64,000 nucleotides of DNA. Origin: Adineta vaga. Lineage: Eukaryota > Animalia > Rotifera. Numbering within the stretch: position 1 is the stretch's first letter; each line of letters opens with the position of its first letter. Of the stretch, positions 39,126 to 50,867 are shown piece after piece. The notes below the pieces were generated by a model. The model worked only from the letters and a program-made list of their open reading frames with translations. It searched no databases and had not been told where the DNA came from. The DNA lies in assembly GCA_021613535.1 (NCBI GenBank), contig CP075493.1, positions 7,564,001-7,628,000 on the forward strand. The letters are read 5' to 3'. The position numbers and the translations under genes were made by a program.

Positions 39126-40554
39126 ATGAATCCAAATAATTATAACAATGAAATTATTCCAGCCGGAGACAATCAGCGTTTTCGTCAAATACGTACGAAT
39201 TGGTTTCATAATACGCGACAACCAGCTATACCAGATCTATATGAACAATCAGTAACAACGACAACAACAACAACAATCAATAAAGAAGCCAATGTTAAAA
39301 CTGATGAAATGACAACAACATGTTTAGAAAAAGGTCCATTGAGACGTGTAAATCTTGTTAATGGACCACAATCAGCATATGCACGACTTTTTCCTGATCA
39401 ATATCGACAAGAACAAGAAGATCTAGTTCGAAAACATCGTTCAAAATCTACAGATGATCGGCGTTATAATTTCGATCGAAGTTTACATGAACGAATAATG
39501 AGTGACGAGGATTGCCATGATCAGACACGTAAATCTCGACATATTTCATTCTATGAACAACAGGATGATGCATCGATGCCTTGTCAACAAAATGAATTAA
39601 ATATTCGAACACAATCATTTCCATGTCTCACTGATAAACAATTGGAATTACCATTTAATTATGATCCGAATCCTGAAATTGTCTATGAAGAAAATCCAGA
39701 CGAAGTTGTTTATGTCCAAAAAGTTGGTGTTCGATATTTAGAACCACCTACTCCACCACCACCTGAACCAATTATTATTCGAGAAATACAATCATCGCCA
39801 GCACAAGAACTGCCACCTCTTATTCTTTCCACGACACCGTAAGTTTATTCGATTTGATTAAATTTCGTATTCTTTGTATTTTACATCATTTAGACCCGCC
39901 ACACCACGAACTCCATCTCCCTTAATTGTTCGGGAACAACCACCGACTCCACCACATATTCATCCACCACAAATTATCACAAAAACTTTACCACCTCAAC
40001 CAGCACCACCCCGTCGTGTGATTATTAGACGTCTTCCACCATTACCAGCTAAACCTCGTCCTTTAATTATCGAAAAATGGTTACCATATAAACAACCACC
40101 GGAACGTCCTGTTATTTATGAGCGTGCAGAACAAACTGAACAAATCCAAGCACCACAACGAAATGTTATTCTTCAATATGAACCAGCACGTGTACGTATT
40201 GAACAAGAAATTCAAAATGTCGGTTGCTTTCGTGTTGATCCAGAAATGTATCGTGCTCAATTCGGTTCAACATTACGACGTACACATAGTATAAGAAGAG
40301 TTCTTGAAGATATTGGTTGTAATCCTGATATTGTCGCAACAAAAACTTATCAACCATGTGAACCAATTACTCAAACAAATAATATTGTCATGAATGACAA
40401 TACATTACAACAATCACGAACATGTTTGACTGATCAACAATTATCCGAATTAATGGATTCACCATCATCAAATACATATCGACAGTATGAGATGCCATCA
40501 ACATCAACATCAACAAATAACAATCTACAACAGTTTTATGAAATAGTTAGTTAA
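39126..40554 (+). CDS. Proline-rich uncharacterised protein (DPNPEI..YxQxVxVRYLxPPTPPPP..IIEKWLPY type), 2 exons
   Basis: Two adjacent ORFs joined by a short intron near 39839-39893. Repetitive PPxP-(I/V)(I/V)RE units. Confidence 0.75.
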
Positions 40555-40823
40555 AGAAAAGTTTTCTTGTGGCACTCGCATAAACACACTTTAGTTTTTG
40601 ATCGTTTTTTTTTTGAAAGAAAATAAATAGATCGATTTCTTGTTCGTGCTTTTGATTTATCCATCTATAGATGTCTCGAATGATCAGTATGTATTCACTT
40701 AAAACGATGTTGATAGGTTAGAAGAATTAGCAAGCTAGTTACGGTTGTCAAGAGTAGTGCATACAATAAAATAGACATTCATAGTTTATTCGTCATTCGA
40801 GAAATTTCTTACGTCAATTAACG

Positions 40824-42044
40824 ATGGTAAAATTACATGTAAAACATGGTGATGAAAGTCAATTTTTATACGAAACAACAACGAATACACCAATTGATAA
40901 TTTAATTAATCAAATATGTTTAATATACAATGGTCGATTAAAAGTTCATCGAATTTGCAATGGTAAACGAAAAGAAAAATTGAACATATCATAATATATC
41001 GTCTTTGTTATCTTCTAGAAATGTCTATGTTAGCTAAACATGGGATAACATTACCTGTTAATATGCAAGGTTTAACAGATGATCAAATTACAGATTTAAA
41101 ATTAAAAGATGAATATGAAGATACATGTATACCTATGGATGGATATGTTGAAGAAGTAGATGTCATCGGAAGACGCAATGGTCGAGGTAAACAATTTTCG
41201 TTTAAGAAAATAGTGAACAATATAAATTTGTTTTTTCTATTAGCTCCAACAGAAAAAATGCGTTCGATTATAGAACGAACTATTCAAGAAGCAAAAGAGA
41301 AGATCTCAAAAGTATGAAAAAATGACAAAAGTAAACAACAATATGATTGTATATTTATCTTATAGAAATTAGTTCAAGCTGATCAATGTGTAACATGTGA
41401 TCAAATTAATGAAGCATTACAACAATTAAAAGGTGCAGTGATGATTGTCTATCCAATGGGTTTACCACCGTACGATCCAATCGAACTTGAATTTAAAAAT
41501 CAAGAAGAACTTGAAGGAACACAAGTATGCCATATAACTTCATTCATTTAGAGGAAAGAAATATTCTTTAAACATCTGGATTTTTAGGATAGTCTTGATG
41601 TTATTCCTGAATTAGATATGACACTTTGGTTTAGTGGAAAAGAAATGCAACGTGGTAAACTTCTATGTGATTTTGTTGGTAAAAATGAAAAAACGAAAGT
41701 CATTGTTAAAGTTCAAAAGGTTTGAAACAAGATGAAAAAAACGCATGAATTTATTTCCTATTGAAAACATATTTTACTATAGAAAGGTAATGCTGCACCA
41801 GCTCGTGAACGTGTCGTATCCGAAGACGAACAAAAACAAATGATGGCCTATTATTACAGAAAACAACAAGAAGCTAAAGTAGGCAAAGAAAAGAAAAGAT
41901 TTGATCTCTTTTAATACAGATTTTTTGTTGTAGAAACTTGAAGAAAGTGAAGATAATTCATATATGGATTCGAAATGGGCCGATCCAAATTCGTTAAAAC
42001 GTTCTTTTCAAGGTTTAAATGATATCAAATGGAAACCACGATAA
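40824..42044 (+). CDS. CFAP298: Cilia- and flagella-associated protein 298 (C21orf59/Kurly)
   Basis: MVKLHVKHGDESQFLYET, GAVMIVYPMGLPPYDPI, WFSGKEM..GKNEKTKVIVK, APARE and KQMMAYYYRKQ. Confidence 0.95.
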
Positions 42045-42123
42045 TTCAAATTTGTTATTTATGTTCTTTGTCTAACCATGTTAATAAAAATGGTCACCGG
42101 AGATTGACTAAACTATTCTTTAT

Positions 42124-42452
42124 TTACACGTCATATAATTCACGATGAGTTCTTCCATTATAACGATAAACAGGTAAATGAGAGATTTTTTGAACATATT
42201 CATCATCATGTTCTGGAGAAGTATCAACATCATAATCCAATTCACAATACTTTTCAATACAAAAGATAATTATAATCGATAATAGAATAATACTAATACC
42301 AGCTAAACAACCACATACACAATACAAGATAATTCTCTCAGAATTGACTAAATTCAAAACAAAAATCAGATTACATCATGTATGAAAAAGATGCTCTTTA
42401 GTAACTTACCACGAACAAATTCACATGTCTGAAGCCAATCAATAACAACCAT
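42124..42452 (-). CDS. Small (~88 aa) single-TM protein, EVA1/FAM176-like
   Basis: Spliced MVVIDWLQTCEFVR|VNSERIILYCVCGCLAGISIILLSIII resembles the EVA-1 juxtamembrane and TM motif (F/I-R-x-N-x-E-x-x-x-L-Y). Confidence 0.55.
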
Positions 42453-42973
42453 TGAGAACTATTTTGTTCATAATTCTACAATGAAAAATCCATATAGTTA
42501 ATATTATATACAAAACAAGATCTTTGTATGATATTTCTACATGTTAAATTGATTAACAGATTAAATACTTTAACAGATGATTACCTTAATGATCAAAATT
42601 CTTTTTTTCTAATACTTAATATCTTTCCTGGAAACATATGTATGTATATCATGTCATTTTCGTTAGATCTAAAAGAAATCAATGTCTATTATTTGCAACA
42701 GTCTACTGGTACACTTTCGACATTGTTAGTTATTCTCGCTCTATCTATCCATCTCTTACTGATAGATCTTTCATGTACTAATAACAACAACAACAGCATC
42801 ATCATCATCAAATTTTATCTTTCTTCTGAATGTTTTGCTAAGAGAATTGCTTTGATGTTCGTCGACTTTCTTTCTAACTGTTCTTGTTATTCTACAATGT
42901 AGACACATATGGAGATGAGAGAGAGAGAGATATTAAAAAAAAGACACAGAAAGAGAAGCATAAAAGCAAATAA

Positions 42974-43537
42974 TTATTGTCTTCGTCCACTTCTATCAAA
43001 TGGTTCCGTATCATTATAACAGCGAAGAAAAACATCATTGATTATCCGATCAAGTTCTCTTCTTGGAAGATCATTACAAATTTCCATAGATTCTTGTGTT
43101 CGATTTTTGACACAAGTTGTATGTTGATTTTTAATAAAAAATGGCCGTGATGATGTCGAAAAATGATTAAACAAAGAACATTGATCTGTTAATGAAGCCG
43201 CTCGAATTTCTGTACATGCAAGATGATATGGATTAGTAAAATCAATCTTAGCACGACAATAATCAAATGCATGAATAAGTTCATGTTCGAAAATCGTACA
43301 TAATTCATCTGTCGAATGAAGATTCTCAGGATATAGAACAATTTGACAGACGGATTGATCAAAACCACCACGAATATGTTGATCCGTTGTTTCACATGAT
43401 AGATGACGATTAAAATCAAATGGACAACCATGAAATGCAAGAGCTTCTAATAGACGACGAATCGATTGATTAGATGTGATACAATGATGTGCTTGTTGAA
43501 AACAGTTCTGAATTTTTGATGATTTTGTATCTGACAT
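42974..43537 (-). CDS. ATP23: Mitochondrial inner membrane protease ATP23
   Basis: GGFD, HELIHAFDYCR, HLACTEIRAA and CYNDTEPF. Confidence 0.95.
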   Translation of the reverse strand: MSDTKSSKIQNCFQQAHHCITSNQSIRRLLEALAFHGCPFDFNRHLSCETTDQHIRGGFDQSVCQIVLYPENLHSTDELCTIFEHELIHAFDYCRAKIDFTNPYHLACTEIRAASLTDQCSLFNHFSTSSRPFFIKNQHTTCVKNRTQESMEICNDLPRRELDRIINDVFLRCYNDTEPFDRSGRRQ

Positions 43538-44103
43538 GAAGAACTGATCTGAAATATTTCTATTGATCATCTTTAGAATATGAAAAGTATTACTTAGATA
43601 TGCTTATGCAATTAGAATAGAATTACTAGTATTAGGATAAGTTATAAAATTGAACAAACAATCTTTGATTATCTCATGAGGAATTGTTTTCATTTGTAAA
43701 TGAAGACAGTATTGTATGTAATAATGAACACAAATGATGTAACACTCTTCAGGTGTTCTTATTAGTCTGTTTGAGATTAAAGATCAATGAACAATAGCTT
43801 TGAATCGCTGCAATCATTCCTGTGTAGTCCACTTCAATTTATATGATATGTCAGTTATAGAAAACAATAGATTGTTTCTAATTCAATCAAAACCTATGCA
43901 ATTCATTCAGTTCTCGTGAAACATATTAGTTTAGTTTCGAAAAAGATTTGAAATTCTGATTGGAGAAAAGATTTTTAACTGTCTGTTAGTAATAAAGGTA
44001 AGTAATATATTCCTGATTGATGGATATAATAACCTATCGTAAGGAAGCAGAAGGAAAAACAGTTTTGCATTTCATTTTACTTATCTATTTAATATTTGAT
44101 AAA

Positions 44104-44640
44104 ATGGGCACAACATCGTCACAAATCGATGGAGAATATCAGCCAAGTTTTGGCACATTTTATGATTTGAAAGCGATTGATATCGATGGAAAAGAACGAG
44201 CAATGTCTGAATTTCAAGGCAAAGTTCTTTTAGTTGTTAATGTTGCATCATCGTGTGGTAAAACAGATGGTGAATATTCGCGTTTAGTTGATTTATATTC
44301 TCGTTATCATAATCAAGGCTTTGAAATCCTTGCATTTCCATGCAATCAGTTTCTTTTTCAAGAACATGGCTCATGTTCAACAATAAAATCTTTTATTAAA
44401 AAATATAATGTAGACTTTGAAATGTTTGACAAAATCAATGTTAATGGAAATGATACACATCCGATTTATACGTGGTTAAAACAAAGTTATCCGGGACGCG
44501 TAACATGGAATTTTTCGGGAAAATTTTTTATTGACCATCATGGTATTCCACGTGCACGAGCTAATGATAATTATGAAGAAATCGAACAAATTATTCAACG
44601 TTTATTGAAAGAAAAAAATGATGAACATACTAAACATTGA
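44104..44640 (+). CDS. Cys-type glutathione peroxidase, intronless CDS, N-terminal MGxxxS
   Basis: GKVLLVVNVASSCG, LAFPCNQF and WNF motifs. The catalytic residue is TGT (Cys). Confidence 0.93.
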   Translation: MGTTSSQIDGEYQPSFGTFYDLKAIDIDGKERAMSEFQGKVLLVVNVASSCGKTDGEYSRLVDLYSRYHNQGFEILAFPCNQFLFQEHGSCSTIKSFIKKYNVDFEMFDKINVNGNDTHPIYTWLKQSYPGRVTWNFSGKFFIDHHGIPRARANDNYEEIEQIIQRLLKEKNDEHTKH

Positions 44641-44987
44641 GTTTTTTAATTTTTTTTCTTTTGTATAAAAAAAACTAACTTCGCATTTGGACGATGAACA
44701 AAAGACACGCCTATACCTATGAAGATAATGATATACTCAATTAAATTTCTGCTTCTCCCTCAAGCTATTCAATCTGTCCATAGTGTAACAGGAAGAAGAA
44801 TCATCTTCTTGAACGTGTGTGTATGATATATTGAAAGATAGGATATGTGAGAAGGTAATTTAAGTGATAAAATGCCAGAGGGTTAATGAAAAAGAGAGAA
44901 AAAAAAGTGAAGTGTTACATGCCGTATGTTTTCTAGTTATAGTAGAAAAGCGTTGAAATAGTATGCATTTGAAGCATTTGTATTCCA

Positions 44988-47423
44988 ATGATGACGAATA
45001 AAAGATCATTCGACGATGAGTAAGTTTGTTTGTTTGTTTATCTTCAATGAGTTTCTTTTAATAAACGGGAAGAGATTCTTCTAAGTTTACATATCTAAAC
45101 ATAGACAGTCTTTTGTTCCATCGTGAGAAATTTATCAGCGTCATATTCGTATAGATCGTGACAAATGGAAATATCCAATTCAACTCGTAGAAAGATATCA
45201 TTTCCATAAAATGACTGCACTAAAACTGAACTATCTTACAATCATTTTATAATGCAAAAGCCCCCCTAATGAGATAAATCTTATTCAACAAGTCACTATC
45301 GAATAGTGACTAAATTTTCAATCATGTATCGACTTAATTGAATCCAATGCATCTCACACTTATGACTATCTTTCTTTTTCTCATTACTTCATCGATGATG
45401 AACGTCAAACATGATCAGAAATTATCATGAGAATATCATCATAAATTTCGACCAAAACGAATGAGATCATCAAGGAGAAAAGATCATTTGTCTATTTTCA
45501 TTTGCTCATCTTTGATCCTCTCTTCTCGAACATACATATATATATATATATATATATACAAACAATCGAAGAAAGTGACATTATTCTTCTATTTTAGAAT
45601 TGACATGTTTTCTTCAGGCAGCGACTTGCGAAAAGAATTTCTTGCTTATCTTCATCAATCGGATTCATGTGAATTATTCTATAATTATATGAAATCTGAA
45701 CAATTGGATCATATCTTAGAATTTTATCTCGCTTGTGATGAATTAAAAAATTTGACTGATGAAAAAAAAACTCAACGAACAATTATTGAACTTATTTATA
45801 AACATTATTTATCAAATGGAAAATCTTTATCATCCAAACAATTCTCTCTTCCATATGATTTATTCTATTCAATTAAACAACGATTAAACAAACGAGAATT
45901 TCATTCAAAATTCTATGAACATGCACAAGAATATGTTCTCAAATATATGTTACAAATGTGTTATCCAAAATTTCTTATTGAACAACAAAATGTACCGAAC
46001 AAAAAACGACAAGCATTAGATTCAGCAACATTTACTCCTATGCATCGTCGTTGTGTGACAATGAAAAAGAAAGATGTCTTTGATAAATTCAAACAACAAA
46101 CCCAAAAGTAAAATCATATCAATCTAATTGAATAGTTTCTCATCTTAGTTTTTGTTTTTGTTTCTAGTACTACTACTACAACATCTATTAAAATATCATC
46201 TCAGCTTCAGTAAGTGATATAAATAGAATTTAACGCGTAATTTTAAATTGTATGAAGAAAAAGTTTCTATACTCATCAGTATCAAATAAGTGTATATATC
46301 GTCACACTTTCGCTTCACTACCTGATTGTCAAAGAAAAGAAAAGAAAAGAAAAGAAAGGAACAATCTGTAGATTATCTCTGATGGATGATTAAGTGTCGG
46401 TAGTAGTTTTGCATCAAAGTCTGCGCATTGCTTTTCATCTTTGTAACTTCTAACATAGCCGCTTTCTTTGATCTTGTCAACATGAATCAGATTCAATTAG
46501 ATTACACTATTATGCCGCCTGAGAAAGAAAAAGAAACAGAGACATATACATATCTTCAATCCGAAGAATAAGTATACATTTGTAGAAAGAATGACATTAC
46601 TACTTATACGAAACTCTGCTCATTTGTAAGTTATAGGAAATTACTAAACACTTCATTAATCTGTATTTTAGTTCGTTCGAAGGATCATCATTGATTCAAG
46701 ATAATTCAAAACAATTGGTAAGTTTTTATTTCGTTAATTGAAATTGATAGTATTGATTTCATTTATGAAGGATTTAACAAAGAATAAATCATGTGATCTT
46801 GCTCAACGAAATCCAATGGCTTTTTTCGAAGAAATCAAACGTCGTTTAGTACTCTATCAAATTGGAACAATTGAAGATGATGATTCATTAGCCATTCTTG
46901 ATTTACAAATAGCTCAAACAATTGATGATGCTGATAACTATCTCTATGAAAATACGATTACAAATCGAAATCAATCCACACGATGTGATTCAGGTTTTGG
47001 AACAGATATATCCGAAAGGTAAATTGAAGAAATATTTTAGAAAAATGTACCTACAATAAAGATTTTTTTTATAGAAATTATGAATTGACTTATTCAAGAA
47101 AACAACGTTCATCTATTGATGTTGTATGGTATTCATCTCTTGATAGTAAACATGTTCTTCTATCGACTATTCCTTATCTTCATAAACAATTAACATTTAA
47201 AGAATTTCGACAATTATTTAAAAAACAGATAACATACAGGTAAGAGCATGTATAGAATAAGATAATTGAATTATTGATTTTGTTTTATAGATATTTCTTT
47301 AAGACAATCTGTACACCAGATATCAATAAAGAGCAGTATGTCTATCGAGAATTAACAATGGATGATGAATTAGTACCATTTTATGATGGAAAAATTTTTG
47401 TACAATTAGATCAAATATGTTAA
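44988..47423 (+). CDS. Axin: Compact Axin (RGS, GSK3-binding, beta-catenin-binding-like and DIX regions), 7 exons, 391 aa
   Basis: RGS (LEFYLACDELK), NPMAFFEEIKRRL, DSLAILDLQI, and DIX (LTFKEFRQLFKKQITYRYFFKT..VYRELTMDDELVPFYDGKI). All exon phases are consistent. Confidence 0.85.
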
Positions 47424-47653
47424 AAATTTCGATGTTTTTCATTTCTAATTATATTCATGTTGTTAAGTGACAAAATAAAATTTATCTAAACTTTACAATT
47501 CATGCGTGCATTGAATTTTGATGAAATATTAATATTTGAAGAAAAAGATCATAGATGAGATTTGAATTCATTCATACGTAATGAAGAAAATATGTTTTAC
47601 TTATGAGGATTATTCTTTTCATTCGTTGGACTGAAATTTTCAATATACATCAT

Positions 47654-47852
47654 TGACGTCATATGAGTTAAATTGCGGATAATAAAATATTAAGTATAAT
47701 AATAATATGAATCTAATTAGAATCATTGGTGAGCTTGTTTGCATTTGACTGACGTCAGATCAGATATGAAATAATCGTCAGCATAAAAATGTGATGATGC
47801 TCATATGAATTATGTGTAAGAGAGATGAATAATCAATGAGCTACATATGAAT
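47654..47852. promoter_or_regulatory. Putative enhancer-like motif cluster (2x TGACGTCA, repeated CATATG/ATATGAA)
   Basis: TGACGTCA at 47654 and 47750, with several CATATGA/ATATGAA motifs in ~200 bp of non-coding DNA. Confidence 0.35.
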
Positions 47853-48285
47853 AACTAACTATCATGCCTAGAATTCAAGATTATTTCTGCATTGTTACTC
47901 ATGTGTTAAACGTAATCATAAACTAGATCAATACTTATACTTATCGTACAAAAATTCTTTATCTCTATTGATAAGACCAGTATATTGATTTTCTAAAATT
48001 ATTTATATGTATATTCTATATCAACAATAGAAAAGAAAAAGAATCAAATATATGCATATGTATATAAGCACAAACAAAAGCAGCAAGTTAATAATCGTCA
48101 ATACGCTCAATTTTACTAGAAAAAAAACATGGAGATAACTCGAATGAATATGTATATAATCTATTTACGAACAATAATAAAAAGACAAATTGAATGTCAT
48201 TTGAAAAAAAACAGAGATCCAAACGCATGCTTACAATACATTGATTTGAAGCAGAAAGAAAAAATGAATATGTAAGAAATTGTTT

Positions 48286-49921
48286 TTATCGAGCATTCAT
48301 TCGTGGTGACGGTAAATCACCAAAGAGCTCTGTACCATCAGTACACATTAATGATTGACTTAATTCACGAAATGATTTTCCGATTCGTTCAAGATCATTA
48401 TTGTCATCATGAACATTCGCATTCTTAAAATGAATGAAATATTTTTATTTTAAAATTACTTATCAAAAAGATAAAATTACGTGTTGAGAAATAGAACAAG
48501 GATGAAATATAATATCTTTCGGTATTGATGTAGCAAAACTGGATTGAATATCATTATTAGGAAACCAAGCTGAATGAAAAAACAAAAATTTACGAAAACG
48601 AACAAATTCGTCTTTGAATATACCTGTATTATCAGCGAATGAATCATCATCAAGATTACTCGTACGTTCTGAAAATGTCTATGAAAAAAATTTGAAGAAT
48701 CAATCATATAGAAATCGAAGATTCTTCTATACTCGTTCAAGTGTTGATGATTGTCGACTTAAATCAATTCCATTTGCATCGAATATTTCCGAACCAAAAC
48801 CTGATTCCATACTATTATAGACACAAATATTTTTCATTGATAAACAAATGAATTTTCAATTAACCTGTTTTCATTGAGATAGGAACTTGATGTTTGTAAT
48901 ATTGGTGATGTTTTGTTGCTTGATGTATATCGAGGTATTGAACGCATGAAACTAAAAATAAATTAACGGTAAATTTTTAATTTACAATTCAGAAATGAAT
49001 ACAAACTATGCAAAATCCATTGAAGCTTTTCAATTATTAATAATATAGTACTTTTAAAAATGAGAGATTAACATAAATTTTCTACGCGTACTCAAGTCGT
49101 CTATACCCGAAAACTTGGTTCGTTCGTTTATTTACCTTAGAAAACTTTCTGATTCTTTATTTATTTCTCCAATTTTAGTTTTTAAAATTTCTTCTTGTTC
49201 ATATTGATACATCCTATGAAGAAAGACATAAGTGATATAACCATGTAATAAAAATATATTTTATAATGTTCATTATACTGAATTTTTTCTTCGGTTTGAC
49301 GATCCGCATCTTCTATTGATTGACGGTAGAGTTGTTGAACTAATTCATATTCACGTTGAAAATTTTCATCTAAATATAATGTATTTTTTTTTCTTTCTTT
49401 CGTAACTTCATTTGAAAGTTTATATACTTTGTGAAGCAGAAAGACGTGCTAACGACGAACTATTCATCGTACTTGGTAAGACAATTTTTGTTATTTTTGA
49501 ATAATTTGGATCGAAATAAGTATCTTTAACTGTGATTTCATTCTAGAAAAGAAACCAAAATAGCATTTTTTTTCCAATTTCTTCAAAAACATACACGAAG
49601 ATCTTTGTTAATTAGAATTCGATTTGATTCAAAATTTGTGACGTGCGTATATTGATTACAAGCTAAACACCGGTTTAATTTCATATCACGCAACGAAATC
49701 GATTGAAAAAGACTTTGCCAAACGATTCTTATCGCTTGATCAGATAACAAATTATATTCATTCCATTCTTCAGTTAAATCAACGGGTAAGAAATCTAAAT
49801 AACAAACAAATTCTTCAAAAGACAAATTCAAAGTAAATAACATACGTGTTAATGTTTCTTGTTCATTATCGATTTCTAATACATCAATAGTTACATTTAA
49901 GCATTGACAATAGAAACGCAT
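48286..49921 (-). CDS. AKT1S1: PRAS40/AKT1S1 (Lobe-like) mTORC1 regulator, multi-exon
   Basis: MRFYCQCLNV start. FATSIP corresponds to YAKSLP. The C-terminus DLERIGKSFRELSQS..DGTELFGDLPSPRMNAR* matches the PRAS40 C-terminal domain. Confidence 0.82.
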
Positions 49922-50552
49922 GACTAGAAATAAACAAATTAATCTACACAATAAGTTGTTCTAAAATAGAATCAATAAATATGATAAACATAGAAAAAGA
50001 TTGAGTCAGATTGTCTTCTATATGAAAACGCAATTTTATTTGAGTAGCTTGTATTGAAGAGAACTAGAAAAGAGCGAATTCTATAGAAAAATAAAAATAA
50101 AAAAAAAGAAGCATTTTAGATTAGTTCTCTCGCTTTTCTTTTTTTCTATTTTTACATCGTTCGTTCTTGTTTGAAGTGTCGCTGTTATGATATGAATGGA
50201 ATATGATCGGTTCTTTTCAGACATCCAATCATCTTTTTTTTTTCTTTTCCGTACTCTTTTACACCACCACACTAATAACACCAGTGGCGGTCTTATGTAG
50301 ATCATCGAACACTGATGAATTCATCGTTGATGAAATCTATTTCATATACTTCTATGGTTTGTTTCCATACAAGAGTAAATCGAGGGATCATCTTCTCTTC
50401 TGTCATTTATATCGATGAATTATTAAAAGTAACCCTTAAATTTTCCAATACATTTCAAAGTACATCCTCACTCATGTCAATCGATCTTTCTGCGAGTATC
50501 GAACAGCTGTGACCTAAATTATCTCTATTTTATTTTTAGACTAAAAAACAAA

Positions 50553-50867
50553 ATGTCAATAAAAGTTTACATGACTAATATCACCAGTAATCAACTCGCG
50601 ATTGGTAATCAACGAAAATTAAAACATATTCTTGATACAAATAAAATTCCTTACATTGATATTGATATAAGTGATCCGAAAAATACGGAGGAAAAAGAAT
50701 TTCTCCAACGTATATTAGCAACAAGAAATCAAAAATTAACACTACCATACGTATTTAATGATGATCAATATTGTTGTGATTTTGATGGTTTAATATCAGC
50801 TGTAGAATCCAATACACTTCAACAAATGTTGAAAGTTGAACATGAATATACAAACAATGGACATTGA
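50553..50867 (+). CDS. SH3BGR-like thioredoxin-fold protein
   Basis: MSIKVY..ITSN..Q..IL..NKIPY..IDIS..EKEF..LPYVFNDDQYC.DFD....AVE.N.L pattern. Divergent from PRAS40. Confidence 0.85.
   Translation: MSIKVYMTNITSNQLAIGNQRKLKHILDTNKIPYIDIDISDPKNTEEKEFLQRILATRNQKLTLPYVFNDDQYCCDFDGLISAVESNTLQQMLKVEHEYTNNGH

Noticed and set aside
44104-44760. GPx as a second selenoprotein
   Set aside because: The active-site codon is TGT and no convincing SECIS follows.
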